Notes under the pieces: generated by a model
Told to the model about the DNA's origin: nothing
Database searches by the model: none
Seen by the model: the letters and a program-made list of their open reading frames with translations, nothing else
Translations under genes and position numbers: made by a program
Shown: positions 8,101 through 16,634 of the stretch, one piece after another
How positions within the stretch are numbered: position 1 is the first letter of the stretch
Layout: each line of letters begins with the position of its first letter
DNA from: a virus
Length of the DNA: 64,000 bases
Virus record (IMG/VR): IMGVR_UViG_3300042569_003487
Location: 64,001 to 128,000 of that record
Strand: one strand, 5' to 3'

Positions 8101-9901
8101 ATGCACTACCATTCCACATGATTCTTCCTTGATAATCAGTTGCGCTATTTACAAAATCAATATAGGCGCCGGCCGTTCCGTATAATTGCAATTGAGCATA
8201 ACCATCTGCTAAATTGAATCCCATACCAGGATTAGTTAAGTTATATCTAGATGAAGAGGTGCTTCTGTCACCTACATAAAATGGAAATTTAGCATCAACT
8301 GAATCGCTATTAATTGCTATTTTACTATCTGAAATTGTTATTGAATTTGCACCATATTTACCAATTTTAACTGTGCTATTTGCTAGCACTTCAATAATAG
8401 GTAAACCTGCAATAGTATTAACACTATAAATGGTGTCTAACACTGAATCAGTTACGGTAAATAATCGACCATTAACCCCGTCTACTGCTAGGACATCGGC
8501 TCCATCGGTTGAACCCTTTACATATACAGTCGCGGAAGGCAATGAATATGCATAATTGGCAACCCCAACTGCTAATCTATTTTCAAGATTTAAGTAACTA
8601 GTTATAGCAGATGTACCTGAATGCCATCTACCTAATCGATATACGCTAGCTCCTCCAGCAGATGCGGTAAATGTGATACCTCTAACATTAGAACCTCCAC
8701 TTTGCATAGTATTAATTAATAAATCATGGTGGCCGCTTACTGCACTAGTATACCATTGAGTATTACCGGCTCCAATCCAAAAATCCTGATGTCCTTGAAA
8801 ATGGACATTTGTAATTGTACCGTTTTGACCGTTTAGGGAACCACTATCCCAACCTGAACTTGCTCCAAAATAAGAATATCTTCCATTTACATAAATTTCA
8901 CCAAATGTTGGGTTTGCTCCAGTTTGAACGCTTTGGTTTAACCAACTAGAAAGCCAAGTACTTCTAGTTCCTAAATATAAATCGCCGCTTGCTCCAAAAT
9001 TACCGTTTGTCCATAATCCAGAGTTTGCTTGGTATAAGTAATATGATGTTTGACCCGATGGATAAATTCCGCCTGTCATTATTAAATTTCCGCCGTTATC
9101 TACATCAAGAATATTTGTTCCGTCTGATCTTCTAAAAAAGAAGTTTCCCCCGCCTCTATTTTGAAAATATAGATGGCTTGAGTGCCACTGTATTTTATTT
9201 TGTTCACCTGTCCAAGCTCCATGCGTTCCAACATATGCAGCACCTGCATCTAATGTAAGGCTACCTGACATTGAGTCTCCTGATGCATTTACAAATCTTG
9301 AATCAGATTCAGATTCAGTATAATATCTGTCATCATGACTATGGCTAATTGCAGCAAATCTTGAATCAGATTCCGATTCAGTATAGTATCGGTCATCGTG
9401 ATTATGTGAAGGAAGAGCTGTTAAGTAGCTTTGAGAAGTTACCCAGCTGCGAAGAGCTAGCGGTTCATTATCTACTGCAAATAGACCATCTGCTCGAACT
9501 CCAAATCGTTGAACGTGTCGATTTCCCCAATGAAATGTAATTGCAGGGGCATAGTTCCAATCACTTTGGTTAGATCCAACATATCCTTGTTCACGGATTT
9601 GAATCGCACCTTCATATACTCCAGTTCCAATAGAAGGTATGTAGAGTTGGCCAGTCATTGTACCACCAGATAGGGACAGTTTTCCAGCTAGAGAGTTTGT
9701 TAGTGTACTAGCAAAACTTGCATCATCTCCTAATGCAGCAGCCAATTCATCAAGGGTATTTAAAGCACCAGGTGCACCTGCAATTAAGTTATTAATTTGC
9801 GTAGTAACATAAGAGGTTGTTGCAATTGAGTGGTCTGCCATGTTACCGGCATGAATTGCAATATGTCCATTGATTGTGGTTCCGTGTATTAATTGTGCCA
9901 T
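5147..9901 (-). CDS. Long tail fibre with C-terminal peptidase S74 intramolecular chaperone
   Basis: GAPGALNTLDELAAALGDDASFA fibre motif, HxHDDRYYTESE repeats, YD.D...YLDP repeats, C-terminal YSDARVKANI...GVIAQE...VSYG plus coiled coil. Confidence 0.9.
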   Translation of the reverse strand: MAQLIHGTTINGHIAIHAGNMADHSIATTSYVTTQINNLIAGAPGALNTLDELAAALGDDASFASTLTNSLAGKLSLSGGTMTGQLYIPSIGTGVYEGAIQIREQGYVGSNQSDWNYAPAITFHWGNRHVQRFGVRADGLFAVDNEPLALRSWVTSQSYLTALPSHNHDDRYYTESESDSRFAAISHSHDDRYYTESESDSRFVNASGDSMSGSLTLDAGAAYVGTHGAWTGEQNKIQWHSSHLYFQNRGGGNFFFRRSDGTNILDVDNGGNLIMTGGIYPSGQTSYYLYQANSGLWTNGNFGASGDLYLGTRSTWLSSWLNQSVQTGANPTFGEIYVNGRYSYFGASSGWDSGSLNGQNGTITNVHFQGHQDFWIGAGNTQWYTSAVSGHHDLLINTMQSGGSNVRGITFTASAGGASVYRLGRWHSGTSAITSYLNLENRLAVGVANYAYSLPSATVYVKGSTDGADVLAVDGVNGRLFTVTDSVLDTIYSVNTIAGLPIIEVLANSTVKIGKYGANSITISDSKIAINSDSVDAKFPFYVGDRSTSSSRYNLTNPGMGFNLADGYAQLQLYGTAGAYIDFVNSATDYQGRIMWNGSAFSIIGNMSWGGATLSNAVWNGTAISDSYISSASNWNTAYNKRPTGVAFSGSSTKTLTLTLGDGSTLTAAFNDIDTDTNSDGQTLSINGSTLTISGGNSVTIPSGGMSQATADGRYTRNLGYQVNVGNLNDLDGQYTVNLDGYGPINGYGGPDAAYNASLWGIGNRTRGAQIYIPYAYDNLYFRRGADDWSGWFRALNTSADPYPSNMNQYVRTSDAVTFTNVYNYGWFRNYNTNEGVYNQATGTHFYSSNGSGWTVTGSGGVVELVFRSNHQSTIRGYVYADTSNNIGFLNNAGNWSLLTDSARSTTLYGNLTVGQGVGASSIFMHDSDEGTREIHCNSNRIGFLNQSGSWGSWCDDSGNWITGAGMYAAAFYDNDNSAFYLDPAGSSRIRNLYVGDSGSNWSDPGGWGTQVWFSNAPHTRFVVEARTPGIQAGIYVHTPDQVYIGSYTGHNVSIMRGGNRRLLIEDGRVYSDVYMEAAGSMRSPIFYDSDDTGYYLDPNGTSNLYRFGDATLNRHSLNSKQSNSPWSTRAAQGALYQTGAMGWGQYDLNTIGSYWGSGFFDTWSTPANGPGASSHYVGMQAFHYNNSDGSRFHGWQMVCSQEANNRWFWRSAWDTPRSWVEMIHSGNIGSQTVSRADGALKLWAESHPTDYYVRANWTGSYWQLTSNHPSGVQVAYADSAGSASSASSASSATIASTVTVNSGNGSGSWYPILWHSGNSVYSSSGTAEIYPAGGYGRFQYINTTDNDESGITRFVIKNGDSYHRSATTTVAADIIRGVASGSWSITAARATRANGNFYIDDNYGNTVVGVYTSTRFQGVFAMGDAYKLAADGTSCANHYGIAWSHPNAGGEAANLTNHGMLVQNVGRTWTAISDTIWCIGDIIAYSDARVKANIEVIDNPLERLSKVRGVTFTRTDLADPTKRYTGVIAQEMREALPEAVSENANGELSVSYGNTVSLLIESIKAQQVQIEELKAEVKKLRGA
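9284..9409 (-). repeat. Two tandem 63-bp (21-aa) repeats SHxHDDRYYTESESDSRF
   Basis: SHNHDDRYYTESESDSRFAAI / SHSHDDRYYTESESDSRFVNA, starts at 9409 and 9346. Confidence 0.9.
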
Positions 9902-9906
9902 ATTAG

Positions 9907-12900
9907 TTATCTATTTTCAAGATCGTCAATTCTCTTGGTTAAATTTTTTATAAGTTCTTGTTGTTCTTGAATAGTTTTAATCAAGATTGGTGCAATACGC
10001 GTATAGTTAATACCATCGACTTGACCAGCATCATCATATTTAATTAATTCAGGGTAGATTTCAGCAACCTCTTCTGCAATTAAACCAATTTCAGTTGAGC
10101 CAGTTCCACCAATTTTGGTATAGTAAACAGGTCTTAGTTGTAATACTTTGTCTAGTGCTGGAGTTAAGGACTCAACATTAGTTTTATATCTAATAGATGA
10201 TAATTCTACCAATCTATTTGAAAGAGTTAAGGTACCTCCAGTATCAAATGTCATTCTAACATTATTGTCTGGAACGTATACAAACTGTAAATTTCCAGTC
10301 TGGTTTGAATTATCATTTGGCGAATCACAAATAAACCAACTTTCCCATTGAATTCCTTCTCCAAATCCAGAATCTGACATTGTAATATGTCCAACTCCAT
10401 CTAAGTTATTATTGGAAAAATTAACTGTTCCAGTAATAGTTCCACCGCTTAGTGGTAGATAATAACCATCAATTACTTGACTTCTAAAGTGGGCTGGTGT
10501 AGATTTTCTTAGGTAGTTATCACTTGTATTTTGTGTCCAAATCTGACCAATCGTTGGGTTTTCTGAGTTACCATTAGATGCATTAAAATAGGTTCCTAAG
10601 ACATAGTTTGAATAGATATTTCCACTACTGTCTCTTCGTACAATTGTATTTACATTGGCAACAGTATCTGCATTATATCCATCCAATAAGTCAGCATCTA
10701 ATCCAGAACCTGCTCCATCATTTCCAGCGTGCCATATAGTATTGCCATTATATGTAAATCCAGTAAGATTTTCAAAATAAAGTGCTCTTGAGTTGTTAAT
10801 GTATATTCGACGAGCAATATCAGCATCAGCTGAACTCCTAGTATAAACTGCATAATCTGTATAGTATGCATTAGCTGTACTATATCCATCAAAACCGATT
10901 CGACCAACAATAGTTCCATCGGGCTTAGTTTGTTCAATCCATGAATTATCATCATTTGTTAATAATCTAAGGTTATTATAACTACCTGTGTTTCTGATCA
11001 CTAGATCACCTGTCATAGTGTCTCCACTTGTATTAACCCATACATCAGATACTCCAGTAATATAACCTTGAGAAGTTACCCATGATTGAGTTGCAAGTAA
11101 GTTACCTCCACCATACGGCACATTTCTAAAATATGCAACATTGGCAGATGTTATTTCAAGTGCAACTGAAGTAGGTTCATAAATATCACCGTACCCTAAT
11201 TTAAAGCTATCTGTGTTATTATTATTGGTCATTCCCATTGACCACATAGGCATTCCAGTATAATCCCATGCAACACCTTGTGAAACATTCATTCCAGTGG
11301 TAAACATTAAGGTTGCCTGATTTCCACTAGCCTCTCGATTAATGAATACTCTTGAAGTTCCAGTAGATGCGCTAACATATAATTCTGGGTTGGTTCCGAC
11401 CAATTGGATTTGTGCTGGATTGCTTGATGGATAAACATACAAGTTGCCACTCATTGAGTCTCCTGTTACATTAACATAGAGAGAATCGGCTGTTCCTTGT
11501 GAAATACCTCCAGTTGGAAGCGTAATTGAGTTACCTCCACTAATTGAAAGAGTACTTCCATTTAAAGTTAGGGTTTGAGCATCAGTATTTGTATCAGTAT
11601 CGATATCTGTCCAGCTTGCAGTCACAGTACCTCCATCTCTTTGAGTAAGAGTTAAGGTTTTAGTTGAGGTTCCGCTTACTGAGGCAGAAGTTATAGTATC
11701 ATTATATGCAGAGTACCAATTTGCAGATGTACCATGACTTGGAGTTGAAATACCACTTGCATTAATTGTAATTGGTGCAGAGAAAGGTCCTAATTTAACT
11801 GTATTATTTGCAAAGGCTTCTATTACTGGAAGACCTGCAATTGTATTTACAGAAAATAGGGAATTTGAAAGATCATCGGTAACCGTAAATAGTCGACCGT
11901 TAACTCCATTTACTGCAAATAATTCTTGTCCACTTGTTACTCCGCTAATTACTAAAGGTCCAGTCATTGAATCTCCAGTAATATTTACGTATAGAGGATC
12001 AGCTGCAGCTTGAGTTAACCAGCCACCATAATTTCCAAGCGAGCTTCTTACATGAGCAAGGGTAGATTTTCTTAACCAACCATCTCCATTTGATGTAAAG
12101 AAAGAATTAATACTTGGATTTTCGGTTTCACTAACATTAGTATTAATATAATTAGCATAAATATAACCGTTACCATCTCTAATAACTACAGTGTTTGCTC
12201 CAACTGAACCCGATGCATGATAACCATCTAATAAGTCTGCATCTAAGCCAGAACCTGATCCGTCATTTCCTGGATGCCATGGAGTATAACCTAGAGCAGT
12301 AGTAACATTTGCTGAAGTAATTCCAGTAATATAACCGGAACCATTTGTAAGCTGGTTATTATTTGTAATAGTATTTGTAATTGTAACCTGTTGGTTTGAA
12401 GTACTAACCGAAATACCTGCTCCGGCTACTGCGCTTAATAAACCAGTATTATTAATAGTAACCTGTTGATTTGATGTACTAACAGTAATACCTGTACCAG
12501 CGGCTGCACTTAATAAACCAGTATTATTAATAGTAAGGTTTTGGTTTGAAGTACTTACTGTGATACCTGTGCCTGCCGTTGCACTAAGTAGAGCAGTTGT
12601 ATTAATAGTAAGGTTTTGGTTTGATGTGCTTACTGTGATACCGGTTCCAGCCGTTGCCGATAGTAAGGCAGTTGTATTGATCGTAAGATTTTGATTGGAT
12701 GTACTTACGGTAATACCTGTTCCAGCGGTCGCAGACAATAATCCAGTATTTGTAACAGTAACTGCGCCGGTAGTCGAGTTTACTGAGATTCCGGTTCCGG
12801 CCGATACCGAAGAAACGCCAGCCGTAATTGTCCAAGATCGGTTTGCCGATAAGTCATAGGTTGTACCATTAATTGTAAGGGTACGGGAAGTAGGAACATA

Positions 12901-15900
12901 TCCAGATAAAGCAGCTGAAGTAATATAACCTGGACCATTTGTTAATTGATTTAAGTTAGTTAGGTTACCACTATGCCAAATTAGGTGTCTAACTGCTCCG
13001 AGTGACCATCCGCCCCATACTAAGTCATTTTCTACACCGCCTAATCCAAAATAACCGGCGTAATCCCCTTCAATGTGAAATGTAATATATGCATCTCTGC
13101 CTGCAGAGTCTTGTAATATCGTTAATCCTCTATCGCCAGCCGCAACCACGTCAACCGTTGTGCCTGAGGTTTGATAAAATCTTGTAGTTCTAGCCGTAGT
13201 ATCACCACGAGAAATTACACTATCAAGAGTATCGGTCTCAGTATAACCAGTAATATAACCTGGACCGTTTGTTAATTGGTTAAGGTTAGTTATTGTATTT
13301 GTAACCGTAACGTCTCCTGTAGTCGAGTTTACTGAGATTCCAGCGCCGGCCGATACTGAAGAAACTCCAGCTGTAATTGTCCAGCTTCTATTTGCTGATA
13401 AGTCGTAGGTTGTACCATTAATAGTAAGAGTACGAGAGGTTGGAACATATCCGGAAAGTGAGGCAGACGTAATATAACCTGGGCCATTTGTTAATTGATT
13501 TAAGTTAGTTAGGTTACCGGCATGCCATATAACATTATTGCCATATGTTAAATCACCTGGACCAGTTCTACCTAGCGCAGTATTGTCAGCTTCACCAAAT
13601 ACAATGTATGCTTCATTTGGGTCTTGTGCACCCTGAATTCTAAATGTATTAGCTAAGTTAATGTCTCCTATCCAAGCATCATCACCTATTCGAAAGTTTG
13701 TACCATTACCATTATTTGTTGTTATAACTGAATCGACAGTTATTTGAGCGGTTGAGGTTGCGCCTCTTCCAACTACACTTGCAAGGGTATCAGATTCCGC
13801 TGTTAAATATACGTTTGAATCTAGTGTCCACGTATTTGTTCCTGTTCTTTTTAAGAAACCAGTTGCGGTCAATCCAGCAATTGCAGTTAGGTCTCCGTCT
13901 AATGGTTGATATGTAGTAGAGGCAGTTCCAGTAGTTAAATAGGTATTTGAATCAACTGAACCATCTGCTTTTAAAAATTGACTTGATGTTCCTCCAACCT
14001 TAATAAAGGATCTGCCTGTAATATCGTTTGCAGCAAGATCTGCAAGTGCAAATGAAGCATGTGAAGTATCAATAAATGGAGAAGCATCTGGTTCTGGCGT
14101 ATATCCCTTAAAGAATTTCCAAGTATTATCAGTTGCATCTCTAAATAATCCGGCATGGGCATAAGAACCATCATTGTAACCAGCAGCAAATCCTAAATCT
14201 GGATTAGCATTTGATTTAGCTCTTGCAGTACCACCTGAACTATAGGATCCAGTTGCACTATTTGCAATTGTAAATGAGTTTGTTGAAACTCCAGTAATTA
14301 TTTGATTTGATAAGTTGTATGCAGTTGGACTTACACCAGTAATAGTAACTGACATTCCAATAACATAGTTATGGGTCTCTTGCGTTGTATAAACTACGCT
14401 TGAACCATTTCCTACTGCATTTGTAATTGTAGTAGCAATTCCATTGTTCAGATAAATCATGTTATCTGATACTGCTAGGTTTTGCGCATAAACTGTAGTC
14501 GTAGTACCTCCAATTATTAAGTTTCCTACTACATTAAGATCTCCACCAACATATAGATTCTTTGCAATACCTACACCGCCTGCTGTAACGATTGTTCCAG
14601 TTGAGGTTGATGTTGCTTGCGTTGTACCCGAAAAAGTTTTAATTCCTGCAATAGATTCATTACCTGTGGTATGGACAACATTTGCATCATTGGCTGGTGT
14701 AAATCCTAACCAGCCTGCAATTGTTTTATTAACCCATAAGGTTCCATCGTATCCTAAAATATGTCCATTAACTGGAACAGTTGTAATTAGGTCAACATCA
14801 TGAATTTCCTTTAGTTCAAATCCATTTTGAACTTTAACAAAGATCTCACCAGTATTTGCATTTTTTCTGGTAACAATACCGATAAAAACAAGATGTCTAG
14901 GCGCATATGGCTTATTAGGTAAACCATAAATTAAGTTTCCATTATCGCCTAACCAAACTGGATCACCTTCAGTTCCAGCTAGAGACGTATCTAATCCGGC
15001 TAAAAGACCCTCTGTTACAACATTGGCCATTCCATTGATTGCAACGGTTGCATCTAAGAGACCCATTGTTTTTGATGAAGTTGCTTCACTTCCATTTGAT
15101 GCAAGATCTACAATCATATTGGTTCCATCTGCACTTGTTACATAAACAGCTTGACCTTTATTAATTGCAACGGCTGCTTTTACACCATGTTGAACTCTTG
15201 ATACATAGCTAACCGTATCAATTGTCCAAGCCCTGTTTGCGCTTAGGTCATATGAAGTTCCATTAATAGAAAGGGTTCTAGAAGTTGGTACATAGTTTGG
15301 AGTCCAATTAACCCATTGAGATCCATTAAATTGTAATAATTGTCCAGTTGCGGCTAATGAAATTGTAACATCAGTTAGGCTATCTAAATTAGTAGGAATT
15401 GAAATATTTGTTGCAGATACTGCAGTAACCAAACCTTTGCCGTTAACTGTAATCACAGGAACTGCTGTTGCTGAACCAAATGTTCCAACGTTTGAGTTAA
15501 CTGTTGCTAAGGCTAGGCCAATATTTCCGTTTGAAGTTAAAGGAGAGTTTGCAATTACAAAATCAGAACCAGTAATTCCAACTGAAGTTAAGGGTGGAGT
15601 TACTGTATTGTAACCAATCGTCCACCAATAAGTTGTACCATCATAATAAACACCTAGAACATCTGTTGCATTTGCAGCAGAGCTTGCTGTATATGAACCT
15701 CCACCAACGATTGAACTTCCTCCAGGTAGAGTTAAGGTACGACCGCCGGCTGCATCTTGTTTAACTAAGATTAAACCAGTATCGCCGGCTTCCATATTGG
15801 CAATAACTAGAGTTCTTGCTCCAGCAATGGTTACCTTTGCATTAGCACCAGAATTAAAGTCCCAAGTAATAGCGGCGCCATCAGTTAGGGTCTGTTGAGC

Positions 15901-16077
15901 CATCGTAACTTTACCATTAACCTTAAGATTTCCACCAATTGTGAATTTTTTGGCAGACTGTAGGGTTAGGGTAAGATTACCGGCATTATCATGTTGTAGG
16001 ACTGGCTTATTAGCAACGTTATCGCCAATAAATTCTAGTAAGCCTGTTGCTGGGGTTATCTTGACCGTTTGCGCCAC
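9907..16077 (-). CDS. Very long tail fibre (2056 aa, GTG start) with internal repeats and C-terminal peptidase S74 chaperone
   Basis: WHxGNDGxGSGLDADLLDG twice, NLNQLTNGPGYIT repeats, C-terminal SSIRYKTNV...LRPVYY...GLIAEEV...INY plus coiled coil. Confidence 0.9.
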   Translation of the reverse strand: MAQTVKITPATGLLEFIGDNVANKPVLQHDNAGNLTLTLQSAKKFTIGGNLKVNGKVTMAQQTLTDGAAITWDFNSGANAKVTIAGARTLVIANMEAGDTGLILVKQDAAGGRTLTLPGGSSIVGGGSYTASSAANATDVLGVYYDGTTYWWTIGYNTVTPPLTSVGITGSDFVIANSPLTSNGNIGLALATVNSNVGTFGSATAVPVITVNGKGLVTAVSATNISIPTNLDSLTDVTISLAATGQLLQFNGSQWVNWTPNYVPTSRTLSINGTSYDLSANRAWTIDTVSYVSRVQHGVKAAVAINKGQAVYVTSADGTNMIVDLASNGSEATSSKTMGLLDATVAINGMANVVTEGLLAGLDTSLAGTEGDPVWLGDNGNLIYGLPNKPYAPRHLVFIGIVTRKNANTGEIFVKVQNGFELKEIHDVDLITTVPVNGHILGYDGTLWVNKTIAGWLGFTPANDANVVHTTGNESIAGIKTFSGTTQATSTSTGTIVTAGGVGIAKNLYVGGDLNVVGNLIIGGTTTTVYAQNLAVSDNMIYLNNGIATTITNAVGNGSSVVYTTQETHNYVIGMSVTITGVSPTAYNLSNQIITGVSTNSFTIANSATGSYSSGGTARAKSNANPDLGFAAGYNDGSYAHAGLFRDATDNTWKFFKGYTPEPDASPFIDTSHASFALADLAANDITGRSFIKVGGTSSQFLKADGSVDSNTYLTTGTASTTYQPLDGDLTAIAGLTATGFLKRTGTNTWTLDSNVYLTAESDTLASVVGRGATSTAQITVDSVITTNNGNGTNFRIGDDAWIGDINLANTFRIQGAQDPNEAYIVFGEADNTALGRTGPGDLTYGNNVIWHAGNLTNLNQLTNGPGYITSASLSGYVPTSRTLTINGTTYDLSANRSWTITAGVSSVSAGAGISVNSTTGDVTVTNTITNLNQLTNGPGYITGYTETDTLDSVISRGDTTARTTRFYQTSGTTVDVVAAGDRGLTILQDSAGRDAYITFHIEGDYAGYFGLGGVENDLVWGGWSLGAVRHLIWHSGNLTNLNQLTNGPGYITSAALSGYVPTSRTLTINGTTYDLSANRSWTITAGVSSVSAGTGISVNSTTGAVTVTNTGLLSATAGTGITVSTSNQNLTINTTALLSATAGTGITVSTSNQNLTINTTALLSATAGTGITVSTSNQNLTINNTGLLSAAAGTGITVSTSNQQVTINNTGLLSAVAGAGISVSTSNQQVTITNTITNNNQLTNGSGYITGITSANVTTALGYTPWHPGNDGSGSGLDADLLDGYHASGSVGANTVVIRDGNGYIYANYINTNVSETENPSINSFFTSNGDGWLRKSTLAHVRSSLGNYGGWLTQAAADPLYVNITGDSMTGPLVISGVTSGQELFAVNGVNGRLFTVTDDLSNSLFSVNTIAGLPVIEAFANNTVKLGPFSAPITINASGISTPSHGTSANWYSAYNDTITSASVSGTSTKTLTLTQRDGGTVTASWTDIDTDTNTDAQTLTLNGSTLSISGGNSITLPTGGISQGTADSLYVNVTGDSMSGNLYVYPSSNPAQIQLVGTNPELYVSASTGTSRVFINREASGNQATLMFTTGMNVSQGVAWDYTGMPMWSMGMTNNNNTDSFKLGYGDIYEPTSVALEITSANVAYFRNVPYGGGNLLATQSWVTSQGYITGVSDVWVNTSGDTMTGDLVIRNTGSYNNLRLLTNDDNSWIEQTKPDGTIVGRIGFDGYSTANAYYTDYAVYTRSSADADIARRIYINNSRALYFENLTGFTYNGNTIWHAGNDGAGSGLDADLLDGYNADTVANVNTIVRRDSSGNIYSNYVLGTYFNASNGNSENPTIGQIWTQNTSDNYLRKSTPAHFRSQVIDGYYLPLSGGTITGTVNFSNNNLDGVGHITMSDSGFGEGIQWESWFICDSPNDNSNQTGNLQFVYVPDNNVRMTFDTGGTLTLSNRLVELSSIRYKTNVESLTPALDKVLQLRPVYYTKIGGTGSTEIGLIAEEVAEIYPELIKYDDAGQVDGINYTRIAPILIKTIQEQQELIKNLTKRIDDLENR
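12367..12816 (-). repeat. Six tandem 75-bp (25-aa) repeats, LLSATAGTGITVSTSNQNLTINTTA-type
   Basis: Unit starts at 12816, 12741, 12666, 12591, 12516 and 12441 (75-bp period). Confidence 0.9.
12745..13527 (-). repeat. Dispersed duplication of an approximately 78-aa fibre segment, 549 bp apart
   Basis: WHxGNLTNLNQLTNGPGYITSAxLSGYVPTSRTLTINGTTYDLSANRSWTITAGVSSVSAG starts at 13527 and 12978. Partial third copy near 15220-15295. Confidence 0.9.
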
Positions 16078-16098
16078 GTATGTAATAGACTATTTGAA

Positions 16099-16527
16099 TT
16101 ATTTATTCATGTCTATCTCAATTTGCAATGGTTTAACATCTTTACGTTCAGCCTGAACTAAATAAAAGAATTGTGGTTTATGAGAGCCTGCTACTTCAAA
16201 ATAAGTATCAGTAATTGCCTTAATCCAAAGCGATTGAGATTTACCGAATGGTGTAATTGTAACTGTTATTGAGTCCTTATTTGCTAGGCTTGCCCAATAT
16301 TCTGGAAAAAAGATACGTTTTTCTTCACTTTTACCTCTAACATAGATTCCATGTTCAGGTCCCTCTAAGTTACCGTGAGCAAGCTTAAATCCTGGCTTAG
16401 TTGGATGATCGATTAAGAACTGCTTAGTTACAGCTGAAAAATTTCCATTATGATTAATATCTCCGGAAGATTCATTGTACGTCATGTGCGCACTAATATT
16501 AACTTGCTTTAATTTAACTTGAGCCAT
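16099..16527 (-). CDS. Stand-alone fibre C-terminal-type domain (K.F.IDHP...HG.LEGPE..Y.RG)
   Basis: FSAVTKQFLIDHPTKPGFKLAHGNLEGPEHGIYVRG...PEYW..L...ITVTITP...FFYLVQAERKD. I recognise this motif set from the C-termini of phage fibre proteins. Confidence 0.65.
   Translation of the reverse strand: MAQVKLKQVNISAHMTYNESSGDINHNGNFSAVTKQFLIDHPTKPGFKLAHGNLEGPEHGIYVRGKSEEKRIFFPEYWASLANKDSITVTITPFGKSQSLWIKAITDTYFEVAGSHKPQFFYLVQAERKDVKPLQIEIDMNK
16100..16107 (-). promoter_or_regulatory. Possible late promoter (AATAAATA) overlapping the end of the upstream gene
   Basis: 22 nt upstream of GTG 16077. Could be coincidental with the AAT AAA TAA codons. Confidence 0.35.
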
Positions 16528-16553
16528 TTATGAATTTGTATCTTTTCTATAGA

Positions 16554-16561
16554 TATTTATA
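16554..16561 (-). promoter_or_regulatory. Late promoter TATAAATA
   Basis: Exact T4 late consensus, just downstream of a terminator and 26 nt upstream of ATG 16527. Confidence 0.75.
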
Positions 16562-16585
16562 CTCCTAGTTTGGACTTTGGATAAT

Positions 16586-16609
16586 AAAAAAGCCTCCATA
16601 AAGGAGGCT
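16586..16609 (-). terminator. Rho-independent terminator
   Basis: AGCCTCC-5nt-GGAGGCT stem (16591-16609) followed by a T-run on the minus strand, downstream of CDS 16635..18110. Confidence 0.85.
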
Positions 16610-16634
16610 CTTATTTAAATAGTTAAAATATTAA

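Noticed and set aside
12367-12816. CRISPR array
   Set aside because: The 75-bp period lies in frame within a fibre gene, with no constant repeat plus unique spacer structure.
259-16077. Diversity-generating retroelement or shufflon acting on fibre/lectin genes
   Set aside because: No reverse transcriptase or recombinase in the window, and no inverted cassettes. The repeat differences I inspected are synonymous and not confined to adenines. A remote DGR cannot be excluded.
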